Shown here in pieces: positions 45,973-55,060 of a stretch of DNA of 64,000 bases. The notes below the pieces were generated by a model. The model was not told the origin of the DNA. It searched no databases and worked only from the letters and a program-made list of their open reading frames with translations. The stretch comes from a virus. The stretch covers positions 2,176 through 66,175 of IMG/VR virus record IMGVR_UViG_3300012943_000029. The stretch is one strand, 5' to 3'. Position numbers and translations under genes: made by a program. Numbering within the stretch: position 1 is the first letter of the stretch; every line of letters starts with the position of its first letter.

Positions 45973-48609
45973 ATGAAGATTAATGGCAGTTTGGTATTCA
46001 ATGCTGACGCATCTGGCCAAATCGAGAATGTATACATCGATCGCCGCGCCTCTGCACCAGCGTTCAATGCTATGGAAGAGGGCCGTCTCTACTACGACAC
46101 CACGCTGGCGTTGTACTACTACAACGATGGCGCCGCATGGGTCCCATTTGCAACTGGCGGTAACGCTGCTGCACTTCAGACCGAAGTCGACAACATTGAA
46201 ACCTCCCTCGGTGCCGGTGTCAACTCGAACGGCGTATTCCAGGTCGGTGCGTTCTCAACTGGCTCCATCATCGATGATGCAACGAGCTTCACGAACGCGC
46301 TTCTCCAGCTTGACGCAGCAACAGCAGGCCACGACACCCTTGGTGAGCTTGAGGACGTCAACCTTGGTTCACTATCCGCAGGTGAGTTCCTCCAGTACGA
46401 CGGTAGCGAGTGGGTAAACCACGAGCTGGTTCTTGCTGACGTCTCAGACGTAACTGCAACAGCCGCCGAGGTCAACATCCTCGATGGTGCAACTCTCACG
46501 ACCACTGAGCTGAACTACGTCGATGGCGTAACGTCAGCAATTCAGGATCAGCTTGATGGCAAGCAGCCACTCGACGCAACGCTGACGGCTCTCGCAGGTC
46601 TCAACGCTACCCCAGGTATCGTTGTTCAGACTGGCGCAGACACCTTCACGAAGCGCACGCTCGTTGCTCCAGCAGCTGGCATCACGATCACCGATCCAGC
46701 TGGTACCGCTGGCAACCCAACCTTTGCTCTCGCCAACGATCTTGGCGCGCTTGAAGGTCTTGCCACGACCGGCATCATCGTTCGCACCGGCGACGGCACT
46801 GCAACCACCCGCCAGGTAACTGGCACGGCTGGTCGCGTCGTTGTTTCTGATGGTGATGGTGTAGCATCTGACGTCAACGTCGATCTCGCCACGCTTTCAG
46901 ACTCGGGTTCAGGCACGTTCCTTAAGCTCACCCGCGACGCCTACGGCCGCGTATCTGGCACACAGGCCGTTCTTGCTGGCGACATTACTGCCCTCGTTGA
47001 CAGCACATATGTGAACATTGCTGGCGACACGATGACGGGTGCCCTCAACATGGGTGCCAACCTCATCTCAGGTCTTGCACCTGGTATTACTGGCACTGAC
47101 GCCGTCAACAAGAACCAGTTGGACTCTCTCGTCGCTGGTCTCTCATGGAAGAACTCAGCACGCGCTGCTACCGACGCAAACCTCAACGGCTTCGTTATTG
47201 GTGCAGGCAGCTATGACGCTGATGACACCTTCGTTGTTCCAGAAGCTGACCTCCCAGCAGGCGACGCTCTCACGATTGACGGCATCGAGCTTCAGGTTGG
47301 TGATCGCGTTCTCGTCAAGAGCCAGACAGAGCCTAAGGAAAACGGCATCTACATCGTCACCGTCGCTGGTGAGGGTGGAGTAACCGACGCCGAGCTCTCA
47401 CGCACGACTGACGCCGACACTGGTCCAGATCTCGTCAATGCTACCATCTTCGTTGAAGAGGGTACTCTGTACGCTGATACCGGTTGGACGCAGACGACCC
47501 CATCATCCGCCGTCTTCACCTCGACTGGTCTCGTATGGGTACAGTTCACCGGTGCAGGCACCTACACCGCCGGTGTTGGTCTCGATCTCTCAGGCAACAC
47601 CTTCAACGTTAACCTCGGTGCTGGTATCGTCGCACTGCCATCTGATGAAGTCGGTATCGACCTCTACGATGCAGCAACTGGCGCAATCATCCTCACAGAG
47701 AATGGCACCGCACGTGCTACCACAACCGGTTCGAAGCTCCACCTCCTGCTTCCAGCAGGCAGCGGTCTCGCCCAGGATGTAACTGGTCTCTACGTTCCAG
47801 CTGATGGCATCACCAACGCGATGCTTGTCAACGACTACGTCGGCCTCAACGCAGACACTGGCACTAGCACGCTTGTTCTCGGTCAGACGCTCCTCGTCGC
47901 AGGTGACAGCGTACAGGGTATCAACACCTCAGTAGCTGGTCAGACCGTAACGGTTACCGCCGCCAACGCATCGACCTCTCAGAAGGGTGTCGCGAGCTTC
48001 GCATCTGCGGACTTCGACGTCACCGCTGGTGTGGTTACGATCAAGGCTGCAGGCGTAGACAACGCACAGCTCGCCAACAACACCTTTGGTATTGTTGGTA
48101 CTGACGCATCGACCGACACGATCGCCCTTGGCGAGAGCGTTACCTTTGCATCAACTGTAACTGGTCTTGTTGCTGCAACGGTTGCTACCAACACTGTAAC
48201 CCTCAACGTCCGCCTCGCAACTGCATCACTCACCGGTGTTGCAAGCTTCGATGCTGCAGACTTCGTGGTTACTGCCGGTGCGGTCACGATCGTTCCTAAG
48301 GATCTCGACAGCCTTACCGACGTCGCAGTCACCTCGCCAGCTTCTGGTGAGACGCTTGTGTACAACGACGCTGAGGATGAGTTCCAGAACGCGAAGATCT
48401 ACCACCTCTACACCTCTGGTGCACCATCAACCAGCCACACGGTTACTCACAACATCGGTCAGAAGTACTGCAACGTTACCGTTGTTGACGACACCGACGA
48501 AGTGGTCATTCCACAGTCGATCACCTTCGACGATGAGAATGGTCTCACTGTAACCTTCACCTCAGCAATCGATTGCACGATCGTTGTCATGGGTGTTCCA
48601 CAGCTCTAA
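45973..48609 (+). CDS. long fibre protein (tail or head fibre)
   Basis: 878 aa, Ala/Gly/Thr/Val-rich repeats ([16 protein letters not shown] twice), TIDG..GDRVL module, C-terminal H..G module. Confidence 0.7.
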   Translation: MKINGSLVFNADASGQIENVYIDRRASAPAFNAMEEGRLYYDTTLALYYYNDGAAWVPFATGGNAAALQTEVDNIETSLGAGVNSNGVFQVGAFSTGSIIDDATSFTNALLQLDAATAGHDTLGELEDVNLGSLSAGEFLQYDGSEWVNHELVLADVSDVTATAAEVNILDGATLTTTELNYVDGVTSAIQDQLDGKQPLDATLTALAGLNATPGIVVQTGADTFTKRTLVAPAAGITITDPAGTAGNPTFALANDLGALEGLATTGIIVRTGDGTATTRQVTGTAGRVVVSDGDGVASDVNVDLATLSDSGSGTFLKLTRDAYGRVSGTQAVLAGDITALVDSTYVNIAGDTMTGALNMGANLISGLAPGITGTDAVNKNQLDSLVAGLSWKNSARAATDANLNGFVIGAGSYDADDTFVVPEADLPAGDALTIDGIELQVGDRVLVKSQTEPKENGIYIVTVAGEGGVTDAELSRTTDADTGPDLVNATIFVEEGTLYADTGWTQTTPSSAVFTSTGLVWVQFTGAGTYTAGVGLDLSGNTFNVNLGAGIVALPSDEVGIDLYDAATGAIILTENGTARATTTGSKLHLLLPAGSGLAQDVTGLYVPADGITNAMLVNDYVGLNADTGTSTLVLGQTLLVAGDSVQGINTSVAGQTVTVTAANASTSQKGVASFASADFDVTAGVVTIKAAGVDNAQLANNTFGIVGTDASTDTIALGESVTFASTVTGLVAATVATNTVTLNVRLATASLTGVASFDAADFVVTAGAVTIVPKDLDSLTDVAVTSPASGETLVYNDAEDEFQNAKIYHLYTSGAPSTSHTVTHNIGQKYCNVTVVDDTDEVVIPQSITFDDENGLTVTFTSAIDCTIVVMGVPQL

Positions 48610-48635
48610 ACAGCTGCTGGATATCAAATTGAACT

Positions 48636-48657
48636 GGGGCTCTCACGAGCCCCTTTT
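48636..48657 (+). terminator. intrinsic terminator
   Basis: GGGGCTC-TCAC-GAGCCCC-TTTT. Confidence 0.85.
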
Positions 48658-48677
48658 CATTTGGCAGGCCATGTGGG

Positions 48678-48684
48678 ATAAATA
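48678..48684 (+). promoter_or_regulatory. late promoter ATAAATA
   Basis: After the terminator, upstream of 48712. Confidence 0.7.
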
Positions 48685-48711
48685 GATGATCGGATACAAG
48701 GGGACCCCTCC

Positions 48712-49314
48712 ATGAAGTTTTACGGCGACGCACACCTCCAGCAGAACTACCTCAGAGAGGCGGTCATCCCGCTGGATGAGAACTTCCCATCAGTTCCAGT
48801 CGTTGGACAGCTCGTGTTCACACAGGGTATTCTCTACATCTGCGTTCAGATTGTAGATGACATCCCATACTGGGTTCCACTTACTCAGGTCATCACGTCC
48901 TACGCTCACTACCAAAGCTCGGCGCTGGCAACATGGAACATCAACCACGCCCTGAACAGCACCGCGGTCAGCGTCACCATCTACGACACGCTAAACCGCG
49001 TCGTCGTTCCTAACGATGTGACGATCATCAACGCCAACAACGTTACGGTTACCTTTGGTGCCCCATTCCAGGGTAAGGCAGTCGTTCTTACTGGCAACCC
49101 AGATGGCGCCATCGCCCCAACATACGCCTTCGAGTTCATGCAGACAACCCCGTCAGACACGTGGGTAATCAACCATGGTCTCGGCCGCTACCCAATCGTT
49201 CGCGTGTTTATCGGCAATCAGGAAGTTCAGCCTTCATCTGTCGTCTTCAACACCGTCGACACCGTTACCCTGACCTTCAGCACACCGCAAGTTGGTCAGG
49301 TAAAGCTGATCTAA
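48712..49314 (+). CDS. structural protein with two tandem ~65-aa modules
   Basis: Two Q....TW.I.H.L...V...P..V......V..TF..P..G modules. Confidence 0.65.
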   Translation: MKFYGDAHLQQNYLREAVIPLDENFPSVPVVGQLVFTQGILYICVQIVDDIPYWVPLTQVITSYAHYQSSALATWNINHALNSTAVSVTIYDTLNRVVVPNDVTIINANNVTVTFGAPFQGKAVVLTGNPDGAIAPTYAFEFMQTTPSDTWVINHGLGRYPIVRVFIGNQEVQPSSVVFNTVDTVTLTFSTPQVGQVKLI

Positions 49315-49323
49315 GGAGCCCAC

Positions 49324-49569
49324 ATGCCTGGCAAGATTTATCACGCAGCTACTTACCGTTACGTTCAAGCGTCTCCTTCGGCATCATGGGCTATCGAGCA
49401 CGGTCTCGGCGGAAACGGTTCAGCTGGTGTTCCTGTGATCGACGTGTTCGTTGATTATGAGGGCAGCCTGCAGAAGATCATCCCAAACACTGTCACAATG
49501 GTTGACGCTAATAACGTCCTCATTGAGTTTACCACGCCGTATAGCGGTTACGCTATGATCGTCGTTTAA
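49324..49569 (+). CDS. single-module small structural protein
   Basis: QASPSASWAIEHGLG...IIPNTV...F..PYSG; SD AAGGAG. Confidence 0.65.
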   Translation: MPGKIYHAATYRYVQASPSASWAIEHGLGGNGSAGVPVIDVFVDYEGSLQKIIPNTVTMVDANNVLIEFTTPYSGYAMIVV

Positions 49570-49579
49570 GGAGATCGTC

Positions 49580-49846
49580 ATGCCTTGGTCACCAACACCA
49601 TTCACCGCCGGCGTCCGCACGTGGGAACACGTACAGAGCTCACCAGCTTCAACGTGGAACGTTAACCACGGCTTGGGCATTGAGCCGCTCGTTGACGTCA
49701 ACGCATATGACGACAGCGAAGTTCTGCAAAAGGCTTTCCCACTTGCCATCGTGCAGGTAGATGAGAACAACACCCAGATCACATGGTCTAGCCCACGCAA
49801 GGGTATCGCTACATTCGTTGCACCACCACTTTGGACGATTGAATAA
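49580..49846 (+). CDS. single-module small structural protein
   Basis: QSSPASTWNVNHGLG...AFP...W.SP.KG; SD AAGGAG. Confidence 0.65.
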   Translation: MPWSPTPFTAGVRTWEHVQSSPASTWNVNHGLGIEPLVDVNAYDDSEVLQKAFPLAIVQVDENNTQITWSSPRKGIATFVAPPLWTIE

Positions 49847-49880
49847 GACGCGCTGCTAGCAGCATCACATATCATAGGAG

Positions 49881-50333
49881 ATGACAATGGGATTTTTGAC
49901 AAACCTTATCCCTGGCGTTGGACAAGCCAAGCTGATCGGAATTGGTATCGCCGCTGCTGGCGTTCTTGCCCTTGCGATCTACATCGGCGTGCTTAGGCAC
50001 CAGGTGAAGAGCCTACGCGAGGATAACGTCGTTCTCGTGCAGAACAACAAGGTCCTTCAGGACAACAACGACACGCTCAAGGGCAACCTTAAGACGGCAG
50101 TCGATGCGAACAAGACCAACGACGAAACAATTGAGAAGCTGAAGAGCGAGCGTGCCGATGCGGTGAAGGCCGTTGAGACCCTTGCCAAGAAGCAGAAGTC
50201 AAACGCTGCCACCATCGGTCAGCTTCAGACGCAGCTTGCTGACATGCGCAAGGACGAAGCGAACAATGGACCTCTGGCCCCAGTTCTGCGCGAGACCATT
50301 CGCGGCATTCAGAAAACTAAGAGGACCCCATAA
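49881..50333 (+). CDS. inner-membrane spanin (Rz-like)
   Basis: N-terminal TM helix (IGIGIAAAGVLALAIYIGVL) plus periplasmic coiled coil; followed by a lipoprotein. Confidence 0.8.
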   Translation: MTMGFLTNLIPGVGQAKLIGIGIAAAGVLALAIYIGVLRHQVKSLREDNVVLVQNNKVLQDNNDTLKGNLKTAVDANKTNDETIEKLKSERADAVKAVETLAKKQKSNAATIGQLQTQLADMRKDEANNGPLAPVLRETIRGIQKTKRTP

Positions 50334-50734
50334 TGAAGACGATCATCATCACAGCTGTCGCGCTTGCCCTCGTCGGCTGCGGCATCAACCCAGTCAAGCC
50401 TGAGCACCAGACCGTCAAGGAAACCCACTTCATCGTGGCTGTTCCACCAAAGGAATGCTCAACCCTCCCAGACCAGGTGGCCGATATCGACGTCGACAAG
50501 GCAGACCAGGCCATAGTATCTGAGTGGCTCCTCAGGAAAGAGAAGTACCTGCGCGACATGGAAGACCTGAACATCTGCACAATGGTGTTCCTAGTTGGCG
50601 AGCAGGCAAAGCTTGACGCGGCGGCTAAGGCCTTCAACGCGGCGGCAATCAAGGCAGCTGAAGAGTACGACGCGAACGCTGCGAAGCGCGCGAAGGCCAA
50701 GCCCGTTGAGCTGAACGCACAGCCATCGAGGTAA
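50333..50734 (+). CDS. outer-membrane spanin lipoprotein (Rz1-like)
   Basis: Signal peptide with lipobox LVGC; TAATG coupling to the upstream spanin. Confidence 0.8.
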   Translation: MKTIIITAVALALVGCGINPVKPEHQTVKETHFIVAVPPKECSTLPDQVADIDVDKADQAIVSEWLLRKEKYLRDMEDLNICTMVFLVGEQAKLDAAAKAFNAAAIKAAEEYDANAAKRAKAKPVELNAQPSR

Positions 50735-50738
50735 TCAG

Positions 50739-52367
50739 ATGGGGTGCGATTGCGCCAAGGTTGAACGCACCCCGCTCTGGAGCTCCATTCCTGAGTACAG
50801 GCAGCCGACCGAGATCCAGCCAGGTGAGAACATTGACTGCTACGCAAGCCGCAGCGGTTCACCATCTGGTCTGAAGAACGACATCGGTTCACAGCCGCCG
50901 AACCAGATTAAGAACACGTCGTTCACTTCCAGCCTTAGCGCGGTCGTCAACACAACCTTTCAGCTCACGCCAACGTCCACACCAGTTGGTGCCGTGACGT
51001 GGCAGTTCGTCATAGACGGTACCAACCGCACCAACACGCTCTTCATGGGCATCACATGGAGCTCGACTGGGGTTCTTAGCGGCACCATTGACGATGCCTT
51101 TATCAACACGGCGTACCAGGTTCTTGTGTCGGCTTCAGACACAAATGGTGCACTTGACAGCCGCACGTTCACCTTCTACCCAAAGAAAGACGCACCTAAG
51201 GGTGAGACGATTAAGTTTGTGAAGCCGCTTATTGGTGGCTCTCCAGCAAGAATTACCTGTGCCTTCGGTCCTCGCACCCCACCTGCACCTGGCGCAAGCT
51301 CGATGCACAACGGCATTGACATGGCGCTCACTGACCATTCACAGGGCACGATCGTATCTGCAGCTGACGGTGTTGTCGTGAAGGCTGGCCCGGCAACCGG
51401 CTTTGGTAACTGGGTGGTCATTGAGCACTACGACGCACAGGAACGGCTTGTTGCCACGACCGTGTATGGCCACATGAAGACGATCTTCGTAACCGTTGGT
51501 GACAAGGTTGCCGCAGGCCAAAAGATCGCGCTCGAGGGAAATGAGGGCATCGGTTCCGGCATGCACCTCCACTTTGAGATGCACAAGGGAAAGTGGAGAG
51601 CCCCCACAGATCCAGTGCCGTACTTTGATGGTACTACCGACGTGGCGGTAGACAACGACCCTAACACCATCAGCGAGGACGGTGTCGCAACACCGACAGG
51701 CTATGAGACCGTCTCGGTGTCAAATTCTGGCATGACGACTGGCGAGGCCAACGCTAACGACGGCTGCCCAGGCGAGACTGCTGAGAGCGGCGCTCTTGCT
51801 GAGCCGGACCCAGACCAGCAGCGCACGTACGCCGACGGTGCACCAACGATCACCGGCACTTCACCTGCCCAAGATGATGTGCTTGCGCTGATCGATGCCG
51901 AGCTGAATGGACCGCATGGAGCTGGCCTTACGACTGACGATAAGAACTTTATCAGGACTGTGGCACTCATTGAGAGCAACCTCAACCCTACAGCAAAGAA
52001 CCCTACATCGTCAGCGCTTGGTCTTTACCAGTTCCTCGATGCGCTGGCTATCAAGTACTACGGCATAATTGGTCAGTCACCAACGTATGCCAACAGAACT
52101 GATGCTTCTATTGCCACGCACGCAATGATTGAGTTCTACAATGCGGAGATAAAGCCGTACTGGACCGGATTTGTCAGCTCAGGCAAGACGAAGATTGCCA
52201 ACAAACCAATCAACGCTACTGACTGGTCTGGCGCATCAGCCCCATTCTACTCGGGCTTCTCGCAGGGAGACTTCATGTACGGGTTGGTGCACCATGACGG
52301 CGTAGGGAATGCCGTCAAGGGAAAGGATCTAGGCGGCGTCGCCTACTGGCGCAAGAAGTCCGTCTAA
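50739..52367 (+). CDS. multidomain peptidoglycan hydrolase: Ig-like + M23 peptidase + lysozyme/SLT-like domain
   Basis: HNGID, TTVYGHM and HLHFE (M23); IESNLNPTAKNPTSSALGLYQF (SLT-like); TGVLSGTI (Ig-like). Confidence 0.85.
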   Translation: MGCDCAKVERTPLWSSIPEYRQPTEIQPGENIDCYASRSGSPSGLKNDIGSQPPNQIKNTSFTSSLSAVVNTTFQLTPTSTPVGAVTWQFVIDGTNRTNTLFMGITWSSTGVLSGTIDDAFINTAYQVLVSASDTNGALDSRTFTFYPKKDAPKGETIKFVKPLIGGSPARITCAFGPRTPPAPGASSMHNGIDMALTDHSQGTIVSAADGVVVKAGPATGFGNWVVIEHYDAQERLVATTVYGHMKTIFVTVGDKVAAGQKIALEGNEGIGSGMHLHFEMHKGKWRAPTDPVPYFDGTTDVAVDNDPNTISEDGVATPTGYETVSVSNSGMTTGEANANDGCPGETAESGALAEPDPDQQRTYADGAPTITGTSPAQDDVLALIDAELNGPHGAGLTTDDKNFIRTVALIESNLNPTAKNPTSSALGLYQFLDALAIKYYGIIGQSPTYANRTDASIATHAMIEFYNAEIKPYWTGFVSSGKTKIANKPINATDWSGASAPFYSGFSQGDFMYGLVHHDGVGNAVKGKDLGGVAYWRKKSV

Positions 52368-53261
52368 CTTCTTCACTACGCCTTCAGCTATCTTCTGCTT
52401 GAAGCGCTCAACGTACGTGCTGTCGTACATCGCCAGGATTTCCTCATAGTGTTCCCATGCGAACTCGCGGAACCAGCCAGAGGTAATGGACGTGCACACT
52501 TTCTCGAGGGCGATCTTGAAGCTGTCAAATGGATCGACGCTGTCACCATACGGGATCTGTGAGCGCTCTAGCGCCAGCACGTACGCTTCTTCAAGCACCG
52601 CGTAGCACCTTGTCTTGAGCGGCAGCCGCTCGAACAGCCGCCTGTCGGTCATTACCTCGGCCACAAGCGGCTTGAAGTAGTTGTAGGCTGGCTTCTCAAG
52701 GTGCTTCATTGCCTCATGCAGCGTGTCATGGTCGTACACGTACTTCACGCTTCCGGCTGGCACGAAGAACTCTTTCTTGCTGACGTTCAACTTTGGGTGC
52801 AGCGCAGCAATCTCTTCTTCCCTCAGCCTTAGGATCTCCTCATGCTCAGGGCGCAGCTTCGCACCGAGGCGCCGCATCAGCCTGATGTCAGCCATCGTCT
52901 TGAGGAAGTGCTTTGAGTTCTTGCGGTAACGATGAGAGAGCTTCAGCGCGTAGAGGAAGTCCAGGCTTGGAACGCTGTAGGTGTTAATTACCTGCGTCTC
53001 TGGATCTGCCAACACGAAGTCACGCACTTGCTCAGCGGTGCTACCTGGCCACGCCACCTCAAACTCGTAGTTGAAGGATGGCGTCTGAACATGAAACTTA
53101 CGGCCATCGTGCTGCGGTCTGATCTTTACGAGGATCATGATGTTCTTGAACAGCTTGATGATATCGCGGTACTCTTGATCCGTACCAATGATGTCAACAT
53201 CGGCAGGCTCACGATCGTGATGGCCAAGAAGCCAAAGCGCCTTGCTGCCGATGAGGATCAT
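52329..53261 (-). CDS. Pol-beta-superfamily nucleotidyltransferase-like protein
   Basis: N-terminal LIGSKAL...ADVDII (GS + DxD), then a helical C-terminal region. Confidence 0.55.
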   Translation of the reverse strand: MILIGSKALWLLGHHDREPADVDIIGTDQEYRDIIKLFKNIMILVKIRPQHDGRKFHVQTPSFNYEFEVAWPGSTAEQVRDFVLADPETQVINTYSVPSLDFLYALKLSHRYRKNSKHFLKTMADIRLMRRLGAKLRPEHEEILRLREEEIAALHPKLNVSKKEFFVPAGSVKYVYDHDTLHEAMKHLEKPAYNYFKPLVAEVMTDRRLFERLPLKTRCYAVLEEAYVLALERSQIPYGDSVDPFDSFKIALEKVCTSITSGWFREFAWEHYEEILAMYDSTYVERFKQKIAEGVVKKLDGLLAPVGDAA

Positions 53262-53262
53262 G

Positions 53263-53460
53263 CTAGCAGTCGCTGGCTTCCCAGCTGTCGTCGTAGTTGG
53301 CTGGATCGACGTCGCTCACGATGTCGCTGATGTTCTCAGCATAGAACAGGTCGTCGCCATGCTCCGTGTTAAGGTCAAAGCATTCCTTGACCAAGCTCTT
53401 GATGAGCTCGAGATTGGCGGCGATCTTGGCGGCCGCCTGCTGACGTGCAGACTTGGGCAT
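53263..53460 (-). CDS. small hypothetical protein
   Basis: ATG at 53460 with SD GGAG, directly downstream of a sigma70-like promoter. Confidence 0.65.
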   Translation of the reverse strand: MPKSARQQAAAKIAANLELIKSLVKECFDLNTEHGDDLFYAENISDIVSDVDPANYDDSWEASDC

Positions 53461-53483
53461 GGCTGTCTCCAAAGTAGAGGGCT

Positions 53484-53512
53484 ATTCTAACACGAACCTG
53501 ATCTAACGTAAA
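53484..53512 (-). promoter_or_regulatory. sigma70-like promoter TTTACG-17-TAGAAT, extended -10
   Basis: Exact 17-nt spacer; TG upstream of the -10. Confidence 0.65.
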
Positions 53513-53976
53513 CAGGTCTTCAATACGTCGATCAGCTCGTATGGTTTCTTGTTCTTGAACCGCTTGTGAAACTGTGGGTGAGACACCTTCAGGCACGGGT
53601 ACCCGTACAGGCGGCACCACTTCTCGGCATTGCCACCAAGCGCGATCACCGCGTTGAACTTGACATAGTCGAGTGAGCTGTCAAATGGACGGCCAGAGGT
53701 ATCGTAGGCATTTAGCCACACGAGATCGCGCTCTTGAATGCCATTGTCCTCAAGCAAGCGGTTTAGCCAGCCTGAGCAATTGTTGATCGCGTAGAACGGT
53801 GTGTGATGATATGTGGGATCTGTTGGCGCTCCAGGACCTGGACGGTCCCCAACAATGAGCACCTTTGCCTTCACCCTCTTGAGGTTTAGCACGCTTTGGT
53901 AGCGAGCCTTGCGCAGCCTAAGCCGCTGAAGGATTGCCTTCTTGGCAGCCGTTGAGAGCTCGTCGAATGCGCTCAT
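53503..53976 (-). CDS. uracil-DNA glycosylase superfamily protein
   Basis: VLIVGDRPG (motif A-like), VWLNA, VIALGGNAEKW, KVSHPQ (motif B-like). Confidence 0.7.
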   Translation of the reverse strand: MSAFDELSTAAKKAILQRLRLRKARYQSVLNLKRVKAKVLIVGDRPGPGAPTDPTYHHTPFYAINNCSGWLNRLLEDNGIQERDLVWLNAYDTSGRPFDSSLDYVKFNAVIALGGNAEKWCRLYGYPCLKVSHPQFHKRFKNKKPYELIDVLKTCLR

Positions 53977-54107
53977 TCAACGATGAGATCTTTCGTCTTC
54001 TGCTCGAGAAGATTTACACGTTTCTCAAGCCGCTTGAAGCGGAAGTGATCGATCACATTGAAGACAATGAGAAGGACCAGAACGAATGCGGTGAATAGAT
54101 TTTGCAT
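53973..54107 (-). CDS. 44-aa single-pass membrane protein
   Basis: Manual translation MQNLFTAFVLVLLIVFNVIDHFRFKRLEKRVNLLEQKTKDLIVE; stop overlaps the next ATG; not in the ORF track. Confidence 0.6.
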   Translation of the reverse strand: MQNLFTAFVLVLLIVFNVIDHFRFKRLEKRVNLLEQKTKDLIVE

Positions 54108-54143
54108 GATGGCATCATATCTTAAGAAGGTGATCGAGTAAAC

Positions 54144-54779
54144 TTAGAAGTGACCCTTGAACCAGTCCTGCCACGTACCAGGGAACTGGTTGGGTTGGTA
54201 GAACCAACGTCCGCCGCCCTTAGGCTGGATGCAGACAGTCAGCTTGATCTGGTAAAGGTCGCTCACTAGGATCGGTGAGATGACGGTGATGAAGTGTGGT
54301 CCAGCTGGATAGAGGACCAAGGTACCGCGCTGCGGTACGAGGCTGAAGTTGTGAACCGGGAACTCAAGCTTACCGCCAAACACCTCAAATCGTGGATCAA
54401 CTGGGACGTTTTCATTGTAGTCCTTCAACCAGACAAATCCTACAAGATCAACGTCCTTGTACTGCACCCACTTCTTACGCACGAACCTTGCGTTCTCACA
54501 GCCTGGCGGTTCAGCTGGTGTCTTTGCGTTCTCAGGGTAAATCTGGAACACTGGCTTCTCAAGACCACGATAATCACAGTTGTATGTTTCTTCCACCTGA
54601 GGAACTATGGCGCGGAAGCGCTCAGCGATCTCGATGTCCCATGACAGGCTGTGGCGTTCCATCTTTTTTGGATTGCCGTCCTTGTCTCTGTCTGGAGCCC
54701 CCACATGGATGCTCTCAACGATGCGCTCACACGTGAGCGGTGATAGGAAGTCTTGTACTACTATGAACGGGCTTTTCAT
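54144..54779 (-). CDS. 2OG-Fe(II) oxygenase-fold protein, apparently lacking metal ligands
   Basis: VVQDFLSPLTCERI, GGKLEFP, VPQRGTLVLYPA; the HxD/E position reads GCE. Confidence 0.65.
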   Translation of the reverse strand: MKSPFIVVQDFLSPLTCERIVESIHVGAPDRDKDGNPKKMERHSLSWDIEIAERFRAIVPQVEETYNCDYRGLEKPVFQIYPENAKTPAEPPGCENARFVRKKWVQYKDVDLVGFVWLKDYNENVPVDPRFEVFGGKLEFPVHNFSLVPQRGTLVLYPAGPHFITVISPILVSDLYQIKLTVCIQPKGGGRWFYQPNQFPGTWQDWFKGHF

Positions 54780-54819
54780 GATGCCTCTATGATAATTTTG
54801 ATGCGTACGGGTGTTGGCG

Positions 54820-55047
54820 TTACTTTCCCACGAAGAACTTTAGGAACGAAACAATACCACCAACTACCATGGACATGCCAACGGCAATCCACTTTACTTT
54901 GTTCTGGTTGTTTTCCAACGTAGTGACGCGACCATTGGTCTTCTTGACCTCGGTCAGCATCGTTTCCTGCGTCGCTTGGATACCACCAAGGATTTTGTTC
55001 TGCTCCATCAGAGTTTGCAGAATTAGATCATTCGAAGCACTTGACAT
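54820..55047 (-). CDS. small coiled-coil protein with C-terminal TM (hemolysin XhlA/holin-like)
   Basis: TNGRVTTLEN coiled coil, then WIAVGMSMVVGGIVSFL. Confidence 0.55.
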   Translation of the reverse strand: MSSASNDLILQTLMEQNKILGGIQATQETMLTEVKKTNGRVTTLENNQNKVKWIAVGMSMVVGGIVSFLKFFVGK

Positions 55048-55060
55048 TTCGCTTTACCCT

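Noticed and set aside
52329-52367. 39-nt convergent overlap between the hydrolase and NTase-like genes
   Set aside because: A common feature at the junction of opposed operons in compact phage genomes.
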